From positions 46,066,001 through 46,130,000 of the forward strand of contig OX597831.1 in NCBI GenBank assembly GCA_951406725.2: a stretch of DNA of 64,000 nt. Reading direction: 5' to 3'. This DNA comes from Octopus vulgaris. Taxonomy: Eukaryota. Within the stretch, counting starts at the first letter, position 1. Each line of letters begins with the position of its first letter. This document shows, in pieces, positions 26,165-39,383 of this stretch. The notes beneath the pieces were generated by a model that was not told where the DNA came from, searched no databases, and saw only the letters and a program-made list of their open reading frames with translations. A program made the translations under genes and the position numbers.

Positions 26165-26769
26165 CCGATATGGAATGGAATATGGCGACTGATTTCTATT
26201 GTCAGAGGTGGATTAGCACACCCGGTCAGTGAAAAAAGGTGGTGATACAAAAAAGGGGCCAGGGGATTAGGTTAGGAGTTATGTCCCTTGGTTGCGTATA
26301 CTGTGAAACCGGCATGAGTTATCTTGAAGTGGGAAAGGTGTGTATTATTAATGTGGTGCTCTTTGTGGATGGGGTGTGTGATATGTGTAGTGGTGACACA
26401 TGTATAATTTCATCCAGGGTGTAGGTATATAGAGCTGTGTTCGTTGGTCTGTTCTCTTTCTATAAAGGATAAAGTCGTGTATTTTCATGTTAGCGTGCGG
26501 TGTGTGTGCGGGGTCTGTGCAGGTGTGGGGGTACAACTTGTATGCAGGGGTATGTGTTGGGGTGTGCGTGTGTGTACATGGATGCACTGGTGTGTGCTTT
26601 GGTCAAACTCTTTTTGCCGGGCCCGAGGGCATTGGTGGAAGGTCATTGGCTGAGGGTCAAGGGTCGAGGCAGGCGACCTGTGGTTGCAGTCATGGTGGGG
26701 CGCGCAGGTACGATAGGATGTACTTCTTTTCATGCGGGCAAGGATTAAACACCTCACACCTGTTATTCA

Positions 26770-27300
26770 GGTAGACATCCGGGCGTTAGGTACCTTTGAA
26801 AATCGCTCTCTTTTCAACCAGGCATAATCCGCACTTCCTGCCGCTATTGAGGTACGGTTTGCATTTTTCTAGGATCTTTTACCCTGTGCTGTACTCTTTC
26901 TTTCTATGCTGTACTAAGGTCTGGCGTGTATCTAATATTATCCTTGAAACCGCAGGCAGCCAGAGCCCGGTTGTAGAACGGGGCAGCAGCATCAAAGATC
27001 TCTTTGCTTGAAGACAAGCTGGAGATTCTCTTGTTGGCACCCTTAACAAGGTTCCTGAACACTATGGCTGGATGACAGGAACCTATGTTAATGTAAGACA
27101 ACTTCTTATTTGGTTTCCTAAAAGGCCTATAGGCACCGGATTCAGGACCTGGCTGGTCTCTGTAGTGACCTTCAGTCTGAGAGAGTTCATGGTGCCTGTG
27201 AGGTCCTTTCTGAGCCTATCTAGCGTGTGGCCGTTGACGCCTCTAGATATTGAGATATTGCCAGCGCGTCGTCCCTGCAGAGACCAAAGCTAGTTGAAAG
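26770..27300 (-). mobile_element. Penelope-like retroelement RT C-terminal (thumb) fragment
   Basis: YINIGSCHP...KRISSLSSSKEIFDAAAPFYNRALAACGF matches the PLE RT thumb; hammerhead downstream on the same strand. Confidence 0.8.
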
Positions 27301-27779
27301 GAATTTCTTTTTTAGTATATCTAGGATGAAGAGACCGACTAGGTCACATGTTCTGTCAAAAGCATCCATTGCCACCTTGAAGGAGACCTCTGGGTTATAT
27401 ATATATACAAAATGAGAAAATGGAGAAACATACTTAAATCAATCAATCATCAACCATTAGATAATACCCAATCAATACTTTATTACACCATTACATAACA
27501 GCAAAGACATTATACATAATATATTGTAAATATAACTAGACATGGAAAAAGAAATATAAAATTACATCATATAGTTTATATACTACCTCATTTTAATTTT
27601 TGATTGATATCTGGCATGAAACAAGTCTATAGTGTTTAATTATGTGTACATACACCTATATTCATTAATAACAATGACGAGCAACTAATTTGCTTAATTG
27701 CTAAACATATTTCTTGCTTTGTTCAAGTTATTTTACCTTAATCTTTCTGAGTAACACTTGAACTACAATTTTTATAAAC

Positions 27780-27799
27780 TAATCTTTTCTGTTTTTCAG
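27780..27799 (+). promoter_or_regulatory. Putative 3' splice acceptor of 5'UTR intron, GPCR2
   Basis: ctaatcttttctgtttttcAG (branch-like CTAAT plus pyrimidine tract), 82 nt before the ATG. Confidence 0.7.
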
Positions 27800-27881
27800 A
27801 AAATATAATAGACGTTTATGTCAACTAAAAGACTGTCTTGGAAGTTTCGGAAGATATTTCGAGAAGTTGGAACAAAAGGAG

Positions 27882-29180
27882 ATGACCAACACACCCAACA
27901 AAACCGAATGTGATATTCTTATAGAATACATGAATTCTAGAATGACGGACGTTTATTTTCCAGTACTAGTATATCTTGGAATTACTATGGTACTTGGAAC
28001 AACTGGAAATGTCGTCGTAGCATATGTATATTTTTATAAATTTTCTGAGACAGCGACACATCTACTCATTGTAGCACTTTCTGTGTGTGATTTTGTAACT
28101 TGCGTAGTATGTATTCCTCTGGAATTTGTTATGCTACATTTATCGTTCACCTTCCGCAGCGATGTTATGTGCCGCTTCATAGGTGCTATTGTGGCTCTAG
28201 TAGTGATCAATTCAGGTCTGATTGTAACCATTATAGCAGTCGATAGGTATAGACTTATATGTCAACCTTTAAAACCAAAATTTACTGTCAAGGATTCAAA
28301 GAAACTTATAGCATTATCAATAATCACGTCTTTCATTTTATGTTTACCGGCAGCTTTTGTGTACAGCAAACAAAACAGAATGGTCAAAGAATGTGGAAAT
28401 ATTGGAGAAGTGTGTTCCCTTGTGGCCTATTTAAAAGGCAATGCATATCCTTTAATCTATTATGTGTTTATAGCGGTCGTTTGCTCTAGTTTCTTTATTT
28501 TGATCATGACTCTATACGGTTTAATTGGAATGCGTATTAGAAGTCTTTACGTAAGACAGAAAAAGAGAGCAATTCAATTACTTGAACATTCACAAGTTCT
28601 TACTACTTCCCTGAATACATCGAATAATAGTAAACCTTCCAAAATACCTAAAATAAAAGTTAATTCGAGAAAGCAAACAATACGGCCAACTAGGACCAAT
28701 GTAATTTTGTTCATCATCACTATACTCTGGATTATCAGTTATTTCCCACATCTCGTTGGAGTATTCTGGAGGTTGTTTATTGAAGATTTCGATAACGTTG
28801 CAAGTTATAAAGACCAAAGACTTTACCATTTTTTGACATTTTCTTATTATATTAACTGTGCTATTAATCCATATATTTATGGACTTTTAAGTGAACAATT
28901 TCGTATTGAATTAAGAGAGTCAATTAGTAATTTTTTTACTCATGAGAGCAAAAGAAAAAATAGAATAAAAAGTGAAAAAATATACCGAGGATCTACAGAG
29001 GTCCGAGTGTCTGAAGCGAACCGTGTGTCTGAAGAGAGCCGAGTGTCTGAAGCGAACCGAGTGTCTGAAGTGAACCGAGTGTCAGAAGAGAGCCGAGTGT
29101 CTGAAGCGAACCGTCTGAAGGTAGGAGATGAAAAAACATTTAAGCTAAATCTCTTATACCCGACAACAATAAAATATTAA
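27882..29180 (+). CDS. Class A orphan GPCR, paralogue 2, 432 aa, with C-terminal hexapeptide repeat
   Basis: [31 protein letters not shown]; ATG at 27882 (MTNTPN); C-tail carries six RVSExx repeats. Confidence 0.93.
   Translation: MTNTPNKTECDILIEYMNSRMTDVYFPVLVYLGITMVLGTTGNVVVAYVYFYKFSETATHLLIVALSVCDFVTCVVCIPLEFVMLHLSFTFRSDVMCRFIGAIVALVVINSGLIVTIIAVDRYRLICQPLKPKFTVKDSKKLIALSIITSFILCLPAAFVYSKQNRMVKECGNIGEVCSLVAYLKGNAYPLIYYVFIAVVCSSFFILIMTLYGLIGMRIRSLYVRQKKRAIQLLEHSQVLTTSLNTSNNSKPSKIPKIKVNSRKQTIRPTRTNVILFIITILWIISYFPHLVGVFWRLFIEDFDNVASYKDQRLYHFLTFSYYINCAINPYIYGLLSEQFRIELRESISNFFTHESKRKNRIKSEKIYRGSTEVRVSEANRVSEESRVSEANRVSEVNRVSEESRVSEANRLKVGDEKTFKLNLLYPTTIKY
29003..29120 (+). repeat. Coding 18-bp tandem repeat (6.5 units) in GPCR2 C-tail
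   Basis: ccgagtgtctgaagcgaa variants encoding [12 protein letters not shown] and RVSEVN. Confidence 0.95.
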
Positions 29181-29299
29181 TATATAACGTATATATGCAT
29201 GTTGTTTCAATTGTTGCCCACACGCATGGACGTATGTGTATGTAGAATAATAATATTGTAATAACCCTGGTCTAACTGTATGTATATATAACTGTATGT

Positions 29300-29409
<110 letters not shown>

Positions 29410-29485
29410 CATATATATTGACTGTATTTTAAAAATTTATAAGATTACATCTCTCGTAACTTTTTGTTTATATTGTATCGTAGTA

Positions 29486-31330
29486 CTAGCAGAGATACCC
29501 GGCGTTGCCCGGTTACATTCAATAGAAGAATTAGACTTTTCTGTTATATATATATATGGATACACACACACACAAATATATGCATATTAATATAAATGCA
29601 TGAAAGTACATGAAGTTTGTTAAAAAAAAGGAGATCATGTATATACCTCCTGGCTGTTGAGATTGTAACACCTCGTTGTAAACAATGTTCCTTGTTTTTC
29701 CTTGTGGAGCATATACAAAAAGGTTTCTTTTGGTTCCTACTCTTGAGCAGCCAACATACAGTTGCCTATGCGAGAAGCAGGGCTCTTCCAAGAGAAGACC
29801 AGCTACAGAGAGGGTTTGACCCTGAGATTTGTTAATGGACATGGCAAAGCTGACACGAAGGGGGAATTGCAGTCTTCTGAATGTAAATGGAATTTCTGCT
29901 CCTGATGGAGTAAGAGGAAATCTTGGAATAAAGACGTCATCACCTTTTCCACATCCAGAAAGAATGATCGCCTCGATAACGTGTGATATCATTTTCTTTA
30001 TCACCAGTCGTGTTCCATTGCAAAGTCTTGGTGGTTCCAGATTGCGGAGTAGCATTACAGGAGTTCCAACTTTAAGTGGTAATATGTGTGGAGGTAGTCG
30101 AGGAGGCTCCAGTGAATTGAAAAATTCAGGAGGATAGTTCACAACTTCATTTATATCTGGAATTGTATCATCAGACTTGTAAGTGTGTATAGTGCCGGGA
30201 AGAGAATGCATTAGCTGTTGATTAATTTTGTTAACAGCGACGTTTTTTGGAGCTAATATTGCTCTTTCACACAGCCAATTGTGATTTTGGTAGTTTTGTG
30301 TGAAGTTGGGAAAGACTTTGTTTTTGAGGTCATCTACAGAATTAACAACAGAGGAAAATGACCACACTTCCATTTGTCCTGCAGCATCGAGAGGCATCTT
30401 GCCTTCACCAAGTGTCAAAATGTCCTGTGCAAACTTTGTGGACATTTTGTCGCCGTGTAGCTGAGCTCTCATGTTAGTGGTGAGACTAAAAATTGTAACA
30501 TGATGTCACAGAGTAGAGGACTTTAGGCATGCTTGAACTTCATCAGCTCTAGTGCCTTTCGGAATGACAGGAAGAGTTTGCCTGAAATCACCTGACAACA
30601 GAAGCGTTACACCTCCCATTGGAGCCTGACAGTCTCGGATGTCTTTCAGGGCTCTATCTAATGCTTCCAAAGCTCCCTTGTGAGCCATAGTGCACTCATC
30701 CCAGACAATTACATAACACATTTTAAGTACTTGTCCCTGATCTGAGCTTTTGTTGATGTTGCATGAAGGCATTTCGGATGCTGCTAAATTGAGAGGGAGT
30801 TTAAAAGTTGAGTGTGCTGTCCTGCCACCGGGTAACAAAGTAGCTGCAATGCCAGAGGAGGCTACAGCTACTGCAATGCCCTGATGCTACCTAACTTCTG
30901 CAAGGAGAAGCTTTGTAATAAATGTTTTTCCTGTCCCTCCAGGAGCATCGAGGAAGAAGATTCGTCCTTCGCGTTGGCGTACACTGTTAAGAATTGTTCT
31001 GTAGGCCTGCAGCTGGTCCGGAAGTAATTTAGGCTCATTTTCAACAATGTACTTTGAAAGCGCTTGAGTGTCGTAGGTTGTTTCACGAATGACAGCAGTG
31101 GGAAGGCTATTTGACCCTGACCTGAATGCTTGTGGCAGGCCATACGTCGACAATTCATTTCCACCCAGTTTAGCAATTCTGTCTTAAACGCCAATGAGTG
31201 TTTTGTTATATATTTCATTGCTGATACCCTCCATGTCAGGATAGAGCAGTTGAGCTTGGGGCTGAAGGGGACAATGTTTTTGAGATTCCAGTTCGAATGT
31301 AAGGCAGGTTTGAAAGTGTTCCCAACAGTT
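29486..31330 (-). mobile_element. Helitron (decayed RepHel PIF1-type helicase) with intact 3' end
   Basis: LDAPGGTGKT, GGRTAHSTFKLP, IVWDEC, GDFRQTLPV, LCNGTRL, QFPLRVSFAMSINKSQGQT; broken by stops and frameshifts; terminal GC hairpin plus CTAG at 29486. Confidence 0.92.
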
Positions 31331-32124
31331 ATTAGTTGTAGTGGTAGAGTGTTTATGCCGAATATGTACGTATGCATGTATATATATGTATGTATGCCTG
31401 TATATATGTACAAAATCCACTGAGAAGGCTCTTGTTGGTCTGAAGCTACAGCAGAAGACTCATGCCAAGTCACCGCACAGTGGGACTGAACCCAGGACCA
31501 TGTGTTTGGAATGTAGTTTGTTACCACACAGCCACACCTGCCCCTATGTATGTGTGTGTGTGCGTATGGGTAGATATATTATGCATGTATATATGTGTAT
31601 ATATATGTGTACATATTACATGTACATCTGTATATATACATCTACACATAAAATACAAAATACAAAGTTATATCTTGATATCGCTAGTGATAACAATACT
31701 CAAATTATATAACAGACTGGAATTGTAGGCCCGTCTCTTGCAATTTCGATCCATTGGACCTTGTCCTCCCTCTTGTATAGAAGTGTAAATTTCGGCTGCA
31801 GCGAAATTCATTTTTTGACTTTCTTCTATCGAAGGCATTTTAACAAAAATGCTTCCGTAAAGACGGTGAAAATATTGTCAATTTCCCCAAACAGGACACA
31901 ATTCAATTTTTAAACAATAACCAAAATATTGGGAGGGGGAGGGTTACGGTTTACAATTATTTAACACATGCAACACAACAACGTTTCCCTGACGAGGAAC
32001 CAACAAACATGATTACAATAGTCAAACAGTAATAATAATAACAACAAACCTTTTTAATTTATCCCCATTTATGTGAAACCACTTATTCAAGTTCAAGTCA
32101 TTGATGCAATTTTATACGAATTGC

Positions 32125-32207
<83 letters not shown>

Positions 32208-32703
32208 ATAAGGGTGAAAAATTGAATATTAATTTGATTAATATGAATTGAAAACCAGTGGTGTAGCATATAAGACCATAGCGGATCTTCCTCTAGCAAA
32301 AAGGATGACCACTATTAATGGCTCATCCCAGTTATATAATACATTCACTTTAATAGTTTCACACTTGCAAAGAGAAAGTAGGAGAAAGTGTTGTGGTAAT
32401 AGCAGGAGTAAACCATTTTAAATGAGTGAGGCAAATCATAAAATATTGAGTTTTCTCGAATTTTTGCATAATTGGGGGTCAAATTGAAAGAAACTTTACA
32501 TGCCATGACCCAATCGAATCTACTTTGAAAAATCATAGGTAAATTCCAATTGAAGAAATTCTATATTGTAGAATTGTATGAAAAAGGAACATGGGAACAG
32601 GCAGAGAAAATCTGCCTTTTATCATAAGAGATACGATATATTGGAATCTACTATAATATGTATAGTGAAGTGAAAATTACACTGAATCTAATAATATTGT
32701 TGT

Positions 32704-32783
<80 letters not shown>

Positions 32784-32969
32784 TATTAATGATAATTAAG
32801 TATTGTATGTGTATTCATGAATATAAATGTATGTGTATGTTCCAGTTATATATATATATGATTAATTTTCTATATGCTTGTACGTATGTTTAATTCTGCC
32901 TATTTATGTATTTATGTACATGTATAGGTGTATATATTTTGCTTATGTATTATATGTGTATGTATATAT

Positions 32970-33029
<60 letters not shown>

Positions 33030-33081
33030 TTGTACGTGTATCCTGTTTCATGTATATATTCATATTTTGAAAGTACTTTAT

Positions 33082-33210
33082 AATCTCTGACGAGGCCTAT
33101 GGATATATATATATATATAAGTACCCAACTACCTACAACCTCAATATAATTGACAAGTAGAGGTACTGAAAATTACTTTTTTCCATACGCTGAAACAGCT
33201 GTAAGGAATT
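33082..33210 (+). ncRNA. Minimal type I hammerhead ribozyme with long loop II
   Basis: CTGACGA (33087)-GGCCTATGGA...TCCATACGCT-GAAA-CAGCTG-TA-AGG; stem II 9 of 10 paired. Confidence 0.72.
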
Positions 33211-33397
33211 TTAATGATTCTAACAATTTATATTAATGTTTTTTAATAAATATTTGTATTCTTATCTTAAATGTATTGAATGTAATACTGTATATATATA
33301 TGTTATTATGGTTATAGTTTTGTTAATTAAATAAGACAACATTGTAATATCCTAAAGCTTATTAACCAACGAATGTGTTTCTCCATTTTCTTATTTG

Positions 33398-33476
<79 letters not shown>

Positions 33477-33852
33477 GCCCTGCCTCGACAGACAAATGTG
33501 TGTATCATATAAAAGCAACAGAGTTATCTTTTCTTGTATGTTGTTGCTGGTTATGTTTGGTCAACTGCTAGTTGCCCAACTAGGAATTAGAGGAAGTTAG
33601 CGTGAATGTTAAATGTAGGGAGTCGATAAAATGATACCTTCATGGTGCTTGGCATTTAAACAGCAGTGGTGTTGTGATAAGACAATGAATCATAGTTCAC
33701 ATTCTCATTGGTAAGCCTTCTCTCAGTTGAATTTTTGCCTGTGGTCGCCTTTACGTCATCTCCTTTTTGCCAACTCGGTTCTCACTAACTAACCTTTTCT
33801 TACGGAGTTCTTGTTTTCATAACTATTGAAAACCAGCCAGAATGATAGACAT

Positions 33853-34260
33853 AGGCGTAAGAGTGGCTGTGTGGTAAGTAGCTTGTTTACCAGCCACATG
33901 GTTCCGGATTCAGTCCCACTGCGTGGCATCTTGGGCAAGTGTCTTCTGCTATAGCCTCGGGCCGACCAAAGCCTTGTGAGTGGATTTGGTAGACGGAAAC
34001 TGAAAGAAGCCCGTCGTATATATGTACATATATATATATATGCGTGTGTGTGTTTGTGTGTCTGTGTTTGTCCCCCTAGCATTGCTTGACAACCGATGCT
34101 GGTGTGTTTATGTCCCCGTCACTTAGCGGTTCGGCAAAAGAGTCCGATAGAATAAGTACTGGGCTTACAAAGAATAAGTCGTGGGGTCGATTTGCTCGAC
34201 TAAAAGGCGGTGTTCTAGCATGGCCGCATTCAAATGACTGAAATAAGTAAAAGAGTAAAG
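33853..34260 (+). mobile_element. tRNA-derived SINE family B; other copies ~12060-12445 +, 19378-19878 -, 36600-37080 -, 45497-45862 +, 49740-50580 -, 50905-51752 +
   Basis: A-box tggctgtgtggt, B-box-like ggattcagtccc, internal microsatellite, conserved 3' end atgactgaaacaagtaaaag. Confidence 0.88.
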
Positions 34261-34522
34261 AGAGAGAGTATATTGTTGAGAACCATAGATTTCGTTGGCG
34301 GTTTGTTATCTCTATTCTAGCATTTGGTGTCCTAGAAGAGGTAAGAAGGGTCAAGTGGCAAAGACATTATTCTGCTTAGCAAAAAGGCATCTGGCAAATG
34401 TAACTGCTGTCACTCACAGAAAAAAAACAAACTATTGTTTTACCATGAGAAAAGTGCTATTGAACTATTAAGTGAAATTTGGCGGTCGAAGATCGAATCT
34501 ACGCTATACCTGCATGTAGTTA

Positions 34523-34557
<35 letters not shown>

Positions 34558-34564
<7 letters not shown>

Positions 34565-34842
34565 ATATTTCGGAATGGTCATATTGCCAGTTTAGCCAAT
34601 AAAAACACACGCACTATATATTTGGTGTTATTTTGCTTCAGTGATATTTATTTTTTACATTAATCTTAATCTTATTTCGGCCAGAGTTCTTTCGTCACAC
34701 TCCTGTGACCGCATCAGTGGTCCTTTGTTTTCTTCTTTCGTATTTGTGTCTCTCCTTACTAACCGTCAGCCATTTTATATATATAGTGCGTGTGTTTTTA
34801 TTGGCTAAACTGGCAATATGACCATTCCGAAATATAACAATA
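34558..34842. repeat. Inverted repeat (~63-bp arms) enclosing a hammerhead-like motif
   Basis: tattgttatatttcggaatggtcatattgccagtttagccaataaaaacacacgcactatata and its exact reverse complement at ~34780-34842; related to 17090-17310. Confidence 0.9.
34679..34722 (-). ncRNA. Compact hammerhead-like motif (A9 mutated) in the loop of an inverted repeat
   Basis: Minus strand CCA-CTGATGC-G-GTCAC-aggagt-GTGAC-GAAA-GAAC-TC-TGG; homologous to 17241. Confidence 0.5.
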
Positions 34843-35697
34843 TCTGTTTCAACACACGACTTCACATAAAAAATCTTGCACAACAAATATTTAAACGTAT
34901 ATATATATAATTTGGACAAATACGTATTATTCGATTAGTGTATTTAAATATTGAGTAGAGCACTGACACAGTTTAGGCTACCTGTTGTCATCCGCAGTTG
35001 TGGTACACTTCTGTTGGATCTACTTCAGAAACTCAGCAATGAATAAAAGCAGATAATATTATAGAAACGCGAAAATTCAAAAATGAACGTAGAAATCATG
35101 CGTTCCAGTTTAAATAAAATGACCTAATCAGTTTTTGCTGTCATAATTGCTTAGAGGATTAAGAAAGTAGAAGGGGAAAGGAAGATTAATACTTAGACAA
35201 GTAGTTTCATGTTCGTGCACACACACACACACACACACTTCATATATAGACATACATATACACGCAAACGAAGACATACACACACACACATACACATACA
35301 TGGTGGCTGCCCCCTCGTTATCGAGTATGGCCATTGCACGAAGCTTAATCAGTGTTGTTATCGTGCAATTCTCGTGCAAGATTTTTTTTAAAGTGAAGAA
35401 AGGCCGTGCACTGAGTCAATCCCACTCACTAAGCAACAGCAGCCATAATCCGAAAAGAAGAACAAGTCAACATCATCGGTAACCACTGAGCCGCAGGTTT
35501 TATGTCGAAGTTATCCCAGTTACCTGAGTTACCTTGCCCTAGAAGGAGGCCCTAACAAAGGCTAGAGGTCCTTCACTCTCAATGGTTTAACCGCGCGATC
35601 GGGTATTCAGTCCGATTATTTCTATGTCCCCACGCATGATACAGCCTTAAGACATTTATTGAATGGCCGTTGACTCTGAAGAGTTCATCCGCCCTTT

Positions 35698-36124
35698 GAC
35701 GGGTTTTGTTTTTCATCCCGCAGGGTTTCCAATAAACACCCTCCTCACGAAGCAAGCTTGGTGGGGTTGCCGGTTTAGTCGCCGACGACCCGACCATGCA
35801 ACAGGTTGTACTGGGTTACATGTTACCAGTAGCACTCGAAAGTGACCATACATACGCATATACATACATACATAGATACATATATCTATATACATATCTG
35901 GATTGTACATGTTCGACGGGTTTTGTTTTTCATCCCGCAGGGTTTCCAATAAACACCCTCCTCACCAAGCAAGCTTGGTGGGGTTGCCGGTTTAGTCGCC
36001 GACGACCCGACCATGCAACAGGTTGTACTGGGTTACATGTTACCAGTAGCACCCGAAAGTGACCTGACATACGCATATACATACATACATAGATACATAT
36101 ATCTATATACATATCTGGATTGTA
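35698..36124. repeat. 217-bp-period tandem duplication
   Basis: 35698-35907 repeated at 35915-36124 with few substitutions. Confidence 0.9.
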
Positions 36125-36328
36125 AAGTTATATGTTTAAATACATGTTATTCGGCTACATGTTCTTTTTTAGTATATGAGGTTTTAGCTTAGGGATATTA
36201 ATCCGAGTTGTGGGTGTTAGGTTTGCGTTAGTTAGGTATGGCTTAATTAGGGACTAGGTCAGGTCGTATTTTGCCTTCCCTTGTGTAAGGCCGAAGCAAT
36301 CGAGAAAGTAGTTGGAGAAAGTCGTTGC

Positions 36329-36590
36329 TCAGTTGTTTGTGGTGGCAGGAGGAACGGGAGGAAGGAGGATGGTAACACGCGCAGACTGGTTGCTAAAGCA
36401 AAACCAGTCTGCTTTGTGTAGTTCCTTCCTGTTGTTGGCTGGTTTCAATTTGTTTATAACGAGGGCTTCCACGATTCGGATATTGTCCCTGTTACGTTGG
36501 GTTGCCATGACGGTAACTGTGAAATTCTGGGCTTGGCACTTCCTAAGGTGTTTCATTATTGAAGTATCCGTGTACATATGCTCCTTTATT
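36329..36590 (-). mobile_element. Penelope-like GIY-YIG endonuclease C-terminal fragment
   Basis: SIMKHL..C...RIVEALVINKLKPANNRKE resembles the EALxIxxxKPxLNxKxE tail; truncated by a SINE. Confidence 0.65.
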
Positions 36591-36853
36591 CGATTACTCT
36601 TTACTCTTTTACTCTTTTACTCTTTTACTTACTTCAGTCACTTGACTGTGGCCATGCTGGGGCACCGCCTTTAGTCGAACAAATCGACCCCAGAACTTAT
36701 TCTTTGTAAGCCTAGTACTTATTCTATCGGTCTCTTTTTCCCAAACGCCAAGTTACGGGGACATAAACACACCAACATCGTTTGTCAAGCGATGTTGGGG
36801 GGACAAACACAGACACACAAACGTATACACACATACATACATACATACATACA

Positions 36854-36887
<34 letters not shown>

Positions 36888-36888
36888 C

Positions 36889-36946
<58 letters not shown>

Positions 36947-37299
36947 GACGGGCTTTCAGTTTCCTCAACCAAATCCACTCACAAGTCTTTGGTCGGCCCG
37001 AGGCTCTAGGAGAAGACACTTGCCCAAGGTGCCACGCAGTGGGACTGAACCCGGAACCATGTGGTTGATAAGCAAGCTACTTTATTTCATATAATTTACC
37101 TTTTAGGCATTTAAAAAGAGGGGACAAACAAGGACAGACAAACATAAAGGCTGAAGAAGCTTTACACGGTTAAAAATTTCGACTGAAATTACGTATGAGA
37201 TTATAAACAATGAATTTTTCCAAGACAAGTTAAAAAATATTGCTTAATGATCGTATTGAAGAACAGACACCCAGTCATCCTGGTAGAACCTGCACTTCT

Positions 37300-38685
37300 T
37301 GATCCGGCCACACTTACCTGGTGCCAAACATACCCAGCTTGCAAGCCACAAGCTTCCATCTTTTCACAAACATATCTCGTGACAGACACCTCTTCTCCAG
37401 CCTGATCTTACTACCGAGGTGGTAACTAAAAAAGTTAACCAACCCCTGGCCGGAGACAAAGTTACCTGTCACTATACCTTTCGTACGCGTCTTCCATACT
37501 GTTTCTTTCAGTATGGCTACTACGAAGAAAAAACAAGCCTTTCTTTCCTTGTTGAGGAAAAGAGGCGGTACAATCTCGATGATAGACTCAGCTGATAGCT
37601 GTACTCTTCCCATCACTGACAACAGTTGTTCGGCAAAAGCTATCAGTCCCGATAACTCCGGACACTCTACGAATGCATGCGAGACGGTTTTCCTATCCTG
37701 CTCACATCGCGGGCATGTCGGCGAGACGGCACTTCCATGCCTTGATAGCTTGTCGCGAACAGGTAACGCCGCACGGAAACACTGCCAGGCCAGGGATTTC
37801 TGGTAATTATCCAGATACCCCGGCCCGAACGTCCTCCGGAACAGGTTGACCAACTGATTTTCATCATAGCCCAGGGTCTCCCCCAAGGCATGTTCTGACA
37901 TAAATTCCACTAACCCACTATAGAAATCCGCAGTGGAACTCCTGTTGCCGGCGTTGCCCGCCCGAGAGAGCAGCTGGAGTGCCGTCAGGCACTCCAAATG
38001 CCATTTCCCCCAGTTTAGGTCTCCGTTTGATCCATGCACCAATGTCCGTTAGGAACGTTAACTGGGGAAGATAGAACCGGACGTGCGGTAACCACACCTG
38101 CTCTCCATCCAGGTAAAGCTAGAAGTGCCTCAACCTTAACGCGAGTTTTTGCATGTTCAGCCAAGGCATCCCTAGTCCACCCTTTAGCGGTTTCTGGCAG
38201 CAGACAGAGCACTTTACAAGTGGCTTTCCTCCTTTCCACAAAAAGCGGAAAAAGATTCTCTCCAACTTGTTCAGCCACAAATCGGAGCAAGGCACCTCGG
38301 TCAGATGGCAGGTGATTACTGATGCTATAAACATCTGCACCACCTCCGCCCTCCCTAGCAGGGATGACGCCCGTCCAGACCAGGTATGGGTTACAGCGGT
38401 CACCCTACTAGCCACCTCACTCCAATTTTTCTCTATCTGGAGGTCTGGACCAATCCAGACTCCAAGCAGCTTAACAGGACCTTCCGTCCAACGCCCCACG
38501 ACGTTATTGGACGGCATCGGCTTGCACCTCCAGGTGCCGAGTTGCAAACCGACCGACTTGTCCTTGTTAACCTTTGCTCCTGCCACCGCTTTATAGCTTT
38601 TGATGGCCTCTTCCACCACTGGAAGCGGGCCTTCATCTGCCACGATGATAGAGATGTCATCCGCATACGACGTAGCTCCTCTTCT
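37300..38685 (-). mobile_element. Tx1/L1-clade LINE ORF2 remnant
   Basis: YADD, FLWKG...KGGLG, CPRC...HAFVEC; frameshifted. Confidence 0.85.
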
Positions 38686-38763
38686 ACACCATAGATCATA
38701 CATATATTATATACATACATACATGCATGCATGCATACATACATACATACATACATACATACA

Positions 38764-38797
<34 letters not shown>

Positions 38798-39383
38798 ATC
38801 AATAATTATAGCGATATAGAATATAGAATATCTTTTGAGGATGAACAAGCCTCCATATTCTATATCATTATAATTATTGCTAACATATGTATAAAAGTAA
38901 TGGGTTTTTAATAAAGCCATTACTTTTATACCTATTGTGTATTTTCTTTGTTTCTTTTTATTTTTCCCCATATATATATGTATATATATATATATATATA
39001 TATGGGATGAAGAGGACGAAAAAGAGAAGGAAGCTGGAAGTCTCTGTGTTCCAGGGGTTCCTCAGGAAAATGGATCACCTACCTCGGTGAACGACCAGGT
39101 AGTGAAGGATAAGGGAGCCAAGGGAGCAGAAACCGGAAGGTGAAAATTTGAATATTAATTTGATTAATATTAATTTAAAACCAGCGAAAATCTGAAGATT
39201 CAGAAAAATTATATTACATACATATAAGAGGGACGACATCCATCATGGTAGAAGTAGACCTCCTATGGTCTTATCACTAAGAAAAGATTGTTCTCAAGAA
39301 AATTCATTAAACGCCAGAACGTAAGCGAGCGAAACAATTGAAAAGATACAGGGTCCTTCAGCTCTCTAGCTGCTCGTCTAAGG

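Noticed and set aside
27324-27356. ATGAAGA-GACC..GGTC-ACATGT motif
   Set aside because: The GAAA box is missing; possibly a decayed hammerhead but unsupported.
29531-30472. Host PIF1 helicase gene
   Set aside because: The upstream part is frameshifted and it ends in a Helitron hairpin-CTAG terminus.
31989-32000. Isolated CTGACGAG (similar partial matches at ~5122, ~16250 and ~18395)
   Set aside because: No properly placed stem II plus GAAA-N-UH partner.
33853-33925. tRNA gene calls at SINE heads
   Set aside because: A/B boxes are present but there is no full cloverleaf, and each continues into a SINE body.
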